Positions 31,628-41,826 of a stretch of 64,000 nt of DNA are shown piece by piece. Both the position numbers and the translations under genes were made by a program. Source of the stretch: an uncultured Rivularia sp. (lineage in GTDB: Bacteria; Cyanobacteriota; Cyanobacteriia; Cyanobacteriales; Nostocaceae); assembly GCA_963665115.1 (NCBI GenBank), contig OY762007.1, positions 5,024,001 through 5,088,000 of the forward strand. The letters are read 5' to 3'. Position 1 is the first letter of the stretch; each line of letters begins with the position of its first letter. The notes beneath the pieces were generated by a model that worked only from the letters and a program-made list of their open reading frames with translations, had not been told where the DNA came from and did no database searches.

Positions 31628-32984
31628 CTAAGAAAAAGTGGTCGGAATTTTGTATTCGGATTGCTCCCAAGCTAGAACTTTGTCAGTTTCCGATAGCGCC
31701 GGGACTAATACCGAACCAGCGTCCTTTGACATCTCGGTATTCAAAAACAAACATACTTCGCAGCAATCTTTGATATTCAGACTCACCTCTAACTGTTTGC
31801 TGATTGACTACTTCATAAAGCAATTGCCATTCTTCATCGTCAATAGCTAGAAGCAAATCGTCGCGATAATCTTTGATTACTGCTTCCAAACAAGCACGCT
31901 CGAAGGGGGGGTCTTGTCGCTGCAAACAACTGTACAGTAAGCCTAGTAAGTTACGAATATGACCGCCACTCACTCTACACAAACGGTCTAAAGTTTCCGA
32001 ACTATCGAATATTTCGTCAATCAATCTCAACCTGATATCCGGCGTAGCTTCGGGAAACGCTCTGGCTAAAACTAACTGCCGTAAAAGAGTCATTCCTGGT
32101 TTGCAGTCATCACCATCTCTTTGACGTACCAACACCATCGGCAGTACTTTAGGGGCAATACCGCCACCCAAGCGATTTTTTAACGTTTCGTACTCGCCAG
32201 AAAAAATCAATGCCAGCGGGATTGTATAAACTACATGACATTTTAGCCGACGTAGCTGTTCTCCCCTGTCAATAAACAAATATTCCGGTTGCGATCGCCC
32301 GGATGGCATTGGGCGCATATCAACTCGATCTAAGTTGTCAATAATTACAACTAATCCTTTTTGCCCCCTCATCTGTAGCTGTTGGGTAGCTCTATCTAAT
32401 ACCTCTTCATTGATGGCTTGCAAAATACTATTTGTACGCGGTTCTAGATATTGCCTAAGCTGAGAACGCAATTGGGGGCTATCTTTAGCTTTGGCGCTAA
32501 TTTTAGCAATACCCAAGGAAAATTCTGCTTCTGCCGAAATGTCTATGGGAGTTTGTAGAAATTCCCCGATTTCTTTGAATAAATTACTAAAGTAACCAGG
32601 TTTGAGCTTAATGTTAATCGCTTCTAAACTGGCGCTTACTTGACGAGCTACACTCAGCAAAATATCGCTGACATCAATATCCGCCATGTCCAAATCCTGG
32701 CTGGACTCAAAATAAACTACATGAAATCCGGAATGCTCTAGTTCGGCTTTAAGACGCTGTAACTCAGTTGATTTACCGCAGCCAATATGACCTGTAAATA
32801 ATTGGCAGGTTGGTTCGTCAGGAGAAATACGGACAATCGTTCGTTGCAACTCTTCTACTATTTTGCAACCCCGTACTTCGGAAAAATCTATGTAATATTT
32901 TCTATCGGAATCATCGCCTATAACCAGCGTCCTGCTTGGATTACAGGCTTTAAAGAACCTTGACAAATTTAGTGTAGTTTTCAT
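31628..32984 (-). CDS. P-loop (AAA/KAP-like) ATPase; probable +1 frameshift near 31700
   Basis: TGHIGCGKSTEL, VIIDNLDR, SGGHIRNL; removing one base gives WFGISPALSETDKVLAWEQ...* ending at 31628. Confidence 0.85.
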
Positions 32985-34134
32985 GTAGATGCAGTTCGTA
33001 TAAATATTAACCATTCATAAAAATCCAAGTATCAAAACACTTGAACTCCTCGCTCCCAAGTTAATTACGAGGTGTGGCCGATTAATTTTTCCCTGATGCT
33101 TGAGAGTACGTATCTGCCCTGTCATACCGATATCGGTAAGCCTTTAACAAAAATACGTGGCTTCAACTATAGCTCTTTTGTATCAAATCGCTTTATTACT
33201 CAAAAACTTTTAGTGTAAAAAGCCGCTTGATATAATTCCTCAGTTTGCACTTAAGTATTAATTGTAGCAAATCATGCATATCATTTTTCAAGAAAAACGT
33301 CAAGCTGCTTTAAGTATATATACTATTTCTTTTCCAGAAGAAATAAGATAGTGTTAATCTTCGATACAGCGATAATGTTCTCTGTCAAAAATCGGGTAAT
33401 TTTACCGAATTTGGGGATTACCCGAAATCTGGAGAAGTTACATATATGTTAGCTTTCAAGCTTTTAGAAAAAGGAAGTATTAAATTAATGGTCAAGTTAA
33501 GATATTCCAAAATGCCCTCTGACATAACCAACTATTTTGCATAAAATCCCAATCGGTATTTTACGGAAGTTGTAGCACTAATTTTTATGGGTATTCTCAA
33601 CAATCATTGGCGTGTATAATATGGGATTTAATTATCGGGTAATAACTTACCTACGAACAAAACTAATCGTGTATATTTTGCTATGTTTTACTATTAATGT
33701 TTTGGATAATACACCTGTAATAAAGGCGATCGCATTCTCATATTATTTGTAGCCCTTTGACTTGAAAATAAAGGTCACTTTAGAGTAAAAAGGCTACATT
33801 AAACCAAAAATGCCAGATTTTATCGGTTATATAAGTCCATAGCTCATAAGTACTATTTTAGTGGGTGACATTTTTCCCGTAAGCGAATATTTTTGAAAAC
33901 ACGAAGTGTGAAAATACAAGTTCTTCTACTTATCGGATTTTAGATTTTAAAGAATACAGCACTGTTAATCGAAAACAAACGTATCCGTTGTTGAAATTGA
34001 GAATCCGGTGCGAGAAAGCTTGATGGGAAAACATCTCCCACTCAAAAGGCAGCAAAATCTAAAATCGAATTGACTTATACAAATTTATTCATCTTCATTC
34101 AATAGCTTGAACCAAAACGTGCGAAGAGGTTTAA

Positions 34135-34974
34135 ATGCCGGAGATATTATCAGTTTCCTCTACAGATTTGGAAGTACGTCGCGAAAAACTACGCCGTCAT
34201 CGGAAAATACAAATTATTGGTGCAATTTGGCGTACCTTTGCAATCACAGGTTTAGCTGGTGGTTTGCTGTGGTTTTTGATTCAACCAGTATGGGTACTCA
34301 AAAGCAAGGAAGATATTACTGTTTCCGGAAATCAGTTGCTTTCGGATGAAGCGATACAGTCAAAAATGCAATTGTCTTACCCCCAATCTTTATGGCGGGT
34401 TGAGCCTAGTCATCTGAGTACATCTCTAAAGCAGCAACCAGCTATAACTCAAGCATCTGTAACTCGTCGTTTGTTTCCACCGGGGTTAAGAGTTAAGGTA
34501 TCTGAAATAGTGCCAGTGGCTATTACTCAAACTGCAATTAAAAGCAATGGTGATTCTATAAATCAAAAAACAGTAAGTGGATTATTAGATATCAATGGTG
34601 TTTGGGTTTCCTTGGAAAACTATAAATCAATCGAAGCCGATCGATTGCCCAGCCTAGAATTCGTTGGCGAGCCTGCATCTTGTCGCGGAGTATGGAAACA
34701 GCTTTACCAAGCAATTGGCGCAAGTTCTGTAGAAGTAATGCAAGTTGATTGCCAAGACCCTAATAATATAATTTTAAAAACAGAACTAGGTTTAGTACAT
34801 ATCGGAATTCCGACATCTAAACTACCTGAAAAAATTAAATTGTTAGCAAAAATCCGTCGTTTGCCAGCACGAATTAATCTGAATCAAATTGAGTTTATAG
34901 ATTTAACAAATCCCGAGACAATATTAGTACAGATGAACCATGAAACAGTGCGAATAGATTCTAAAAATCCCTAA
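34135..34974 (+). CDS. ftsQ: cell division protein FtsQ/DivIB
   Basis: Single TM, POTRA domain (VSGNQLLS...VTRRLFPPGL), IDL.NP C-terminus, upstream of ftsZ. Confidence 0.92.
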   Translation: MPEILSVSSTDLEVRREKLRRHRKIQIIGAIWRTFAITGLAGGLLWFLIQPVWVLKSKEDITVSGNQLLSDEAIQSKMQLSYPQSLWRVEPSHLSTSLKQQPAITQASVTRRLFPPGLRVKVSEIVPVAITQTAIKSNGDSINQKTVSGLLDINGVWVSLENYKSIEADRLPSLEFVGEPASCRGVWKQLYQAIGASSVEVMQVDCQDPNNIILKTELGLVHIGIPTSKLPEKIKLLAKIRRLPARINLNQIEFIDLTNPETILVQMNHETVRIDSKNP

Positions 34975-35869
34975 AAATATTGAGTAAAAGCAAATGTATA
35001 AAACACTCCTAGTTTATCAATAAGATTTATGCTGATAAATATATATTAACTATTGTTGTTTTTGGAGAAACCAAAACCATAATAAATATTCTAGGTTGGT
35101 CTTATTCTTTCGAGAAATAATCAAAAACCTACCATTAGGGAGTGTAACCTCCTGCTTGTTATAGTTACGCTCGGCATGAGAAGGTGCCTGCTGGTAAGAA
35201 AATCTATGGCGATCGCGTTAACGGGGCTTCGAGGTAGCAATATGGAAGGTCTGTCACAACTTGTGGAACCGAACGTCAACGTAAGTAAGACGGCTCTGTC
35301 ATCAGTCATACAAGGAGAAAGTAAAGTTAAGAGTTCAAAATTTATTTTACACGAAGATAATTTAGGTACTCATGACTTACAGTATCTGTTGATAAGCAGA
35401 TTTTAACGCCATCACTTATACGTTTGTATCAGTGTTCTACTTGTTTAATTGTTTTCAATATTTATAGAATTAAACCAGTATTTATGGCTATAAGTAAAAA
35501 AAAACAAACACTATTAGTTGTAAAATTGATGACCAATATCCATAAAAACAACAAGGAGGGGTTACGAACCATACATGAAGACAGTTACAAGCCAAAATAG
35601 CCGTCGTTAGTATAACCGATACAGTTCTTTCTTCAAGTAAATATTAAGTATACTTCTGCTTAACTAGTTGTTCATCATGAGATGTTAACAGCTACTAATT
35701 TTAAAAAAAACTGTTCGCGTTCTTAATCCTGCACCTAGTTGGAGAAGATTAGAACACCGTCATAACATTCTTGCTACTAAATTCAACAAGAATGTTTATA
35801 AGCAAGTTGACGCGAGCGGGTAGATCGCACCCCCCCCAAAAGTCGTTTATCTGAATGCACGTAAATCCA

Positions 35870-37181
35870 ATGACACTTGATAATAACCAAGGGCTTACCT
35901 ATAAAAACTCGCAGTCTCCCGGACAGCAAGGAATCTCGCTAGCAGGAATTAGTACCAATAACCCTTTTGGTCATTCTGGGCTTAGTTTGGGGCAAAACGG
36001 CGATAATAACCATTCTCCCGAAGAAAACCCTGTTGGGGATATTATTCCCGGCAGAGTTGCCAATATTAAAGTAATTGGTGTGGGCGGCGGTGGTGGAAAT
36101 GCCGTCAACCGCATGATTGCTTCAGATTTGAGTGGAGTAGAATTTTGGTCGATTAACACCGATGCTCAAGCTTTGACGATGGCTGCGGCTCCTTGTCGCC
36201 TGCAAATTGGACAAAAGCTAACGAGAGGTTTAGGAGCAGGTGGTAATCCTGCCATTGGCCAAAAAGCAGCAGAAGAATCCAGAGATGAAATTGCTACGGC
36301 TTTAGAAGGAGCCGATTTAGTATTTATAACTGCTGGAATGGGAGGCGGTACCGGCACGGGTGCAGCATCGGTTGTAGCTGAAGTCGCCAAGGAAATGGGA
36401 GCCTTAACAGTTGGTGTAGTTACCCGTCCGTTCGTATTTGAAGGGTCGTCGTCGCACCACTCAAGCAGAGCAAGGTGTTGAAGCTTTGAAAAGTCGGGTA
36501 GATACTTTAATCATCATTCCCAACAACAAACTATTGGAAGTGATCCCCGAGCAAACACCAGTCCAAGAAGCTTTCCGTTATGCAGACGATGTATTGCGTC
36601 AAGGTGTACAAGGAATATCCGATATCATCACAATTCCTGGTTTGGTAAACGTTGACTTTGCCGACGTGCGAGCCGTAATGGCAGATGCAGGTTCTGCTTT
36701 GATGGGAATCGGTATTGGCTCTGGCAAATCACGTTCTCGGGAAGCGGCGATCGCCGCAATTTCTTCGCCTTTGTTGGAATGTTCTATTGAAGGCGCAAGG
36801 GGTGTTGTGTTTAACATCACTGGTGGAAGCGATTTGACTTTACATGAAGTGAACGCTGCCGCCGAAGCAATTTATGAAGTAGTAGATCCCAACGCCAATA
36901 TTATTTTTGGGGCAGTGATTGATGACAGACTCGAAGGAGAAGTCAGAATTACGGTAATTGCTACCGGGTTTACAGGTGAAATCCAAGAAAGGCAACAGCA
37001 AACTGCTACCCCTAACAACAGAGTAGCCCCACCTCCAGTATCCGGGCAGCGGCGACAGATGCCACAACCATCGTCTACCTCAGGTGCCAACTCTCAAAAA
37101 CAACCCCAATCCGAACCAAAACAGAAACCCGGATTAGAGATTCCTCCATTTCTTCAGAAACGCCGAAATCCTAATAACTGA
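35870..37181 (+). CDS. ftsZ: cell division GTPase FtsZ with N-terminal extension; +1 frameshift at 36443-36445 (likely sequence error)
   Basis: [10 protein letters not shown] and GMGGGTGTG in one frame; NVDFADV and IPPFL in the other; FEGRRR is restored by deleting one G. Confidence 0.97.
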
Positions 37182-37462
37182 ATAGTCAAGGTATCGGAAG
37201 GGGGCGCAGAGTCTTATAAAAATTCATTGCCTCCCATATTCCAAATACGCCTGTTCGGCTTCTTCGTCAAAAATTTAGTTCGATCGGAAAGACCTTAATC
37301 GCTACATTCGTAGGCGGTTAGTTCTATTATGCCTAAATTTTTCAGAAGTATTTTTAAGGTTTTGTTTAAGTTCTTTTCCTCGTTACTCAATTTCAAATTG
37401 TTTTACAAAAGCTGATTTTTTGCAGGGTGTAATACCTATAGCTCAAACCTAATAATATTGAT

Positions 37463-38443
37463 TTAATTACTAGATCGTTTTTTAATTGCTTCTTCTACCC
37501 ACTCGATAAACTTTTTACCCAAGTTTGTATTGCTAAACCGATCGATTTCGCGAATGCCAGTAGGGCTAGTAACGTTAACTTCAGTAAGATAGCCACCAAT
37601 TACATCAATTCCTACAAAAATTAAACCGGACTTTTGTAGAGTGAGGGCTAGCTGATTACAAATTTCCCGTTCTCTGGAAGTAATTTCAGTTCGAGCAACC
37701 GTACCTCCGGCTGCCATATTATTGCGGAATTCTCCAGGTGCAGAAAGACGGTTAAGTGCCCCTACTGGTTCGCCATCAAGCAGAATAATTCGTTTATCTC
37801 CCTGCTTGGCTTCTGGTAAAAAGGTTTGTAGCATCACTGGTACTTTTCCCCGTAAAGTACTAAGTTCTACTATCGAATTAAAATTGCGATCGCCCTTGTC
37901 TAAAAATAAAATTCCTTCCCCTGCTTTGTTTCCCAATGGTTTAAGAACAGCAGCGCCTTTTTCTTCAACAAACTTGCGAATCAAATTTTTATCGGCACTG
38001 ACAATTGTTTCTGGAATTGCCTCGGTAAACTGGAGAGCATACATTTTTTCGTTAGCATCTCGGATACCTTTAGGGCTGTTAACAACCAAAGTTTTGTTTT
38101 GGTCGATATAGTCCAAAATATAAGTAGCGTAAAGATAAATATCATTTACTGGTGGATCTGTCCGCATAAACACGGCATCCATAGTTTCCAGGCAAATATT
38201 AGTTATGTCGCTTAACTTGTACCAGACATTTGCAGCTTTGTAGCCGGTATCAGTCAACTTAACCGGAATAATTTCGACTCGTTGAAGATGCGCCCAAGCG
38301 GTACTATCTATGACACTCAAGCCAGACGTTTGAGTTATCCAGACTTCATGTCCCAAAATAAAAGCTGCTTCCATCATGGCAACGCTAGTATCATGAGTGG
38401 GGTCTAAATTCTGGATCGGATCAATAATAAAAGCCAGTTTCAC
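37463..38443 (-). CDS. gshB: glutathione synthetase
   Basis: FMRTDPP, ANEK, GDKRI, RNNMAAGG, EVNVTSPTG. Confidence 0.96.
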   Translation of the reverse strand: MKLAFIIDPIQNLDPTHDTSVAMMEAAFILGHEVWITQTSGLSVIDSTAWAHLQRVEIIPVKLTDTGYKAANVWYKLSDITNICLETMDAVFMRTDPPVNDIYLYATYILDYIDQNKTLVVNSPKGIRDANEKMYALQFTEAIPETIVSADKNLIRKFVEEKGAAVLKPLGNKAGEGILFLDKGDRNFNSIVELSTLRGKVPVMLQTFLPEAKQGDKRIILLDGEPVGALNRLSAPGEFRNNMAAGGTVARTEITSREREICNQLALTLQKSGLIFVGIDVIGGYLTEVNVTSPTGIREIDRFSNTNLGKKFIEWVEEAIKKRSSN

Positions 38444-38677
38444 GCGATTGCCTCGACTTACCCTTCAAAAAATTGCTGTGATTCATCTAGAATTATCCCT
38501 TTTTTATGTAATACCGTTTCATTTTGAGATTGATATAGCCCTACGGGGGATGGGGAGATTCTTAAAGTAGCGAGTAGCGAGTAAAGAGTAATAAGTAGGG
38601 AATGGATGGTTCAAGAAGCGACAATAAGAACGAATTGGTAGTTTACTCACTACTTGCTACTCATTACTCCCTGCATC

Positions 38678-38719
38678 AGAAAACCCACCCTTCCTAAGTG
38701 GGGTGGGATTGAGTATCAA
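38678..38719 (+). mobile_element. isolated IS200/IS605-like right-end hairpin
   Basis: AGAAAACCCACCC-loop-GGGGTGGGATTGAGTATCAA: subterminal hairpin followed by TCAA. Confidence 0.4.
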
Positions 38720-38757
38720 GCAATTTTAAAACTATCAGCCATGTTTTCTTTCAACGC

Positions 38758-39016
38758 TCAAGCTAATAGCTCGTCCAATTTTCCTTGAGACTCTAAACCG
38801 TAAATATCATCGCAACCACCGAAATGCGTATCATTGATGAAAATTTGCGGTACGGAAACGTCGTCCATCTCCCCTATGAGCCATGTTTTGCCGTGCTTGT
38901 TCATCTCCATCAATAGCGTATTCGGTAAATTCAACCCCCTTTTTCTTTAGTAAACCTTTAGCACGTATACAAAACGGGCAAGAACTCCAAGTGTAAATCT
39001 CTACTTTGGCAGCCAT
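38758..39016 (-). CDS. grxC: glutaredoxin 3; +1 frameshift at 38856-38858
   Basis: CPFC active site; deleting one base gives RSVPQIFINDTHFGGCDDIYGLESQGKLDELLA*. Confidence 0.93.
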
Positions 39017-39424
39017 AACGTCCTCATGTTGACTTAGCAATTCTCAATTCTAGAACGTTATATTTAACTGTGAATGTTCAATAAGTATTTCAAGACATTT
39101 TTGATACAAAAATATTTTGCTTTATTATTATTGCAGTAAAAAATATAACTCTCTACTATTTGTAATAGAGTGTTAAATAAGACTTAAATTATTTTTAATA
39201 TACAGGGTAAGTGCGAATGAGTCTGCTATCAGGAGTTATAGAAGACTCATTCAAAGGCACAAACCACAGTGATTATGTTGGCTGTAATCCAGGTGCGTAA
39301 CAATTTAATAATATTTCAGTTTAATTACGGTGTACATCAGTATTAACACTGATATATTCATAAATACCAAAAAAAGTACTTAGTGTTTTCCGAAGTATAA
39401 AGCGAAGAGCTAGCAATTAGAAAT

Positions 39425-39500
39425 GTAGTGGGAGCGTCTCGCTCCCCGATCGTAACGAGCGAGCTAGAAGCTTGTCGACACGCTTCGCTAACGCACCACG
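39425..39500. repeat. REP doublet carrying a 19-nt insertion
   Basis: GTAGTGGGAGCGTCTCGCTCCC...GCGAGCTAGAAGCT[TGTCGACACGCTTCGCTAA]CGCAC. Confidence 0.7.
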
Positions 39501-39771
39501 CAAACCCGTAAGAACTAATAGGACAGACCACTACTCGTGGTGTGTTTGATTAATTCTGATAAGTAATTACTTCCGTTCCGCTTATCAGATTTCCTATAAA
39601 ATTTCTCCCCCCCTCTTCCCTCTCACTCAATTAGTTAATCTTCCACTGGGAAAAAACTAAAGTTCTTACTACGAAACTTTTTCTGGTTATGGCATAAATC
39701 AAACATTAAATTACTCCTGAAGGAAATTTCCCCAGGAGTGTAAGTTTACTTAAGTTTTAACTTCTCAGTAC

Positions 39772-41520
39772 TTATCCAGATATAGCGGCGTATTGAATTA
39801 GCTGTCCCAAACGTTCTCTTAAATTTTCTAAGCCAAGACGCTCGTGGGCAGAAATAAATACTGCCATTGGATATTCTTCTCTGGCTAAAGCTAGGGTTTC
39901 GCTATTTGCTTTGTCGATTTTGTTGAAAACTACTAGCCCTGGACCAGGTGTTACGGGCATTTGAGCTAATATATCCCTGACAGAACGAATATGACTCTGC
40001 CAAGCAGGATGAGATAAATCGACTAAATGCACTAAACCATCTGCTTCGGTTACTTCTTCCAAAGTGGCGCGGAAAGCATCCATTAACGCTTCGGGTAATT
40101 CGTGTATAAATCCAACTGTATCTGTAACTAGAATTTCTTGGGTTTCTTGAGTTACAGCATGGGGAACTACCAAACGGCGCGTTGTGGGATCGAGGGTTGC
40201 AAACAACTGATCGGCTGTGTAAACAGAGGCATTAGTTAAAGCGTTGAGCAAAGTAGATTTACCGGCATTAGTATAGCCAACAATTGCGATAGTAGCTACT
40301 TCTTGCTGTTGCCTTCTTTGTCTTAACCTTTCTCGATGCGCTTGTAACTGATTTACTTCTTTCTGCAAGCGAGTTATGCGACTAGAAATAGCACGGCGTT
40401 CAGTTTCCAGTTTGGTTTCACCGGGACCTCTTGTACCGATACCACCTCCAAGTCGGGACATTGCCTGACCTCTACCAGTTAGTCGCGGTAACATATACTC
40501 TAACTGCGCCAATTCTACTTGCAGCTTACCAGCACCCGAACGAGCGCGTTGAGCAAAGATATCTAGAATTACTTGAGTACGATCGACTACCCGAACCCCT
40601 ATCTGAGCTTCTAAGTTGCGGACTTGCCCTGGTGATAAATCGCGATCTAAAACTACAAGATTCGCTCCCAAAGTTTGAACGGTTAAAGCAATTTCCTGCA
40701 CCTTACCTTCACCAACCACTGTTTGGGGATGAATTCGCGATCGCTTTTGTCGCATCATCTGTAAAACCACTCCCCCAGCAGTATCTACCAACCGCCCCAA
40801 TTCAGTTAAAGTATCCTGGAATCGTTGAGGTGACTCCTTCTGAGTTATAACCCCGACGATCACAACTCGATCGCGATCGTTATCGACTTCCCTACCAATA
40901 AATTCTCGCTGGAATTCTTCTTCAAGCCCTTCTACCAAATCCAGAAAGTCTTGTTTGCTCAATACATCAAGACTCATCGCTGGCGAAACACTCCAACTTG
41001 GAGAAGAATAATCGCCCTCTTCAAGCTGAGAATTTTGACTCGCAATTAGGGTGCGAGCATCTTGTGGTGCTAAGTGTGCCAAATAAGCTTCCTTAACATA
41101 CCCAGTACCACCACCACCCCGACGTTGAAATCCGCTTCCTGTGATATTAAGTACAATTAAAGCATCTAATCTTTGCAGTGCCATAGCAGTCAAAGCACCA
41201 TCAGAAGGATATTCTGGCTTTAGCTGAGTAGCAATACAACGAATACCGCTAAGTCGTTCCGCACCGTAACGCGGCAGTTCCGTCAGCGGAATTTGGGTAG
41301 AGCGCGGAGTGCCTACCCCAACCCGAATTACTTGTCCTCGGCGGTTGAGATAGGCACACACTGGCTGATTTATTTCAGTACTAATTGCCGCCAGTCGCTG
41401 AGCGAATTCGGGAGTCGTAAAACTATCGCCCGGTATGCGCTGGTGATACAGTCGCTGCAATTGCTTTTGCTGACTGTGTTTCAGACCTTGGAGATTACCG
41501 CATATAGTTTCTATAGGCAT
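39772..41520 (-). CDS. hflX: GTPase HflX (long cyanobacterial form)
   Basis: ILDIFAQRA, GTRGPGE, GYTNAGKST, FATLD, DTVGF, NKID. Confidence 0.96.
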   Translation of the reverse strand: MPIETICGNLQGLKHSQQKQLQRLYHQRIPGDSFTTPEFAQRLAAISTEINQPVCAYLNRRGQVIRVGVGTPRSTQIPLTELPRYGAERLSGIRCIATQLKPEYPSDGALTAMALQRLDALIVLNITGSGFQRRGGGGTGYVKEAYLAHLAPQDARTLIASQNSQLEEGDYSSPSWSVSPAMSLDVLSKQDFLDLVEGLEEEFQREFIGREVDNDRDRVVIVGVITQKESPQRFQDTLTELGRLVDTAGGVVLQMMRQKRSRIHPQTVVGEGKVQEIALTVQTLGANLVVLDRDLSPGQVRNLEAQIGVRVVDRTQVILDIFAQRARSGAGKLQVELAQLEYMLPRLTGRGQAMSRLGGGIGTRGPGETKLETERRAISSRITRLQKEVNQLQAHRERLRQRRQQQEVATIAIVGYTNAGKSTLLNALTNASVYTADQLFATLDPTTRRLVVPHAVTQETQEILVTDTVGFIHELPEALMDAFRATLEEVTEADGLVHLVDLSHPAWQSHIRSVRDILAQMPVTPGPGLVVFNKIDKANSETLALAREEYPMAVFISAHERLGLENLRERLGQLIQYAAISG

Positions 41521-41606
41521 CTAGACCAGTAAACTAGTCCCCCATATACATCTATGTCTATTTTACAACAGCGTTTTTCAGCTAAACTCTTTCTTTTGAT
41601 AGATGC

Positions 41607-41658
41607 AGTAGGGAGTAGGGAGTAGGAAGTAGTGAGTAGGGAGTAGGAAGTAGTGAGT
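41607..41658. repeat. STRR tract (AGTAGGG/AGTAGTG)
   Basis: Tandem heptamers. Confidence 0.85.
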
Positions 41659-41826
41659 TAAATGCTTCTTTTGGATTATTGTCACGGGCTGCTTGACTAT
41701 TTATTATTTCTTACTCTTTACTCGCTACTCTTTACTTACTACTTTAAAAATCTCCCCACCTCCCTGGGCTATACTTACCGAGGTGAAAATTATTCTTTTG
41801 ATACAAATATTTGTGTTTCCCTAGAA

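Noticed and set aside
35176..35406. 76 aa ORF between ftsQ and ftsZ
   Set aside because: No recognisable motif or clear RBS; cannot be supported
35855..37181. Split ftsZ as two genes or a programmed frameshift
   Set aside because: No slippery heptamer; the same +1 pattern occurs in five other unrelated genes, so an assembly error is more likely
41662..41826. N-terminal extension of the multi-receiver ORF
   Set aside because: Low-complexity sequence; the receiver domain starts at MKILL (41827)
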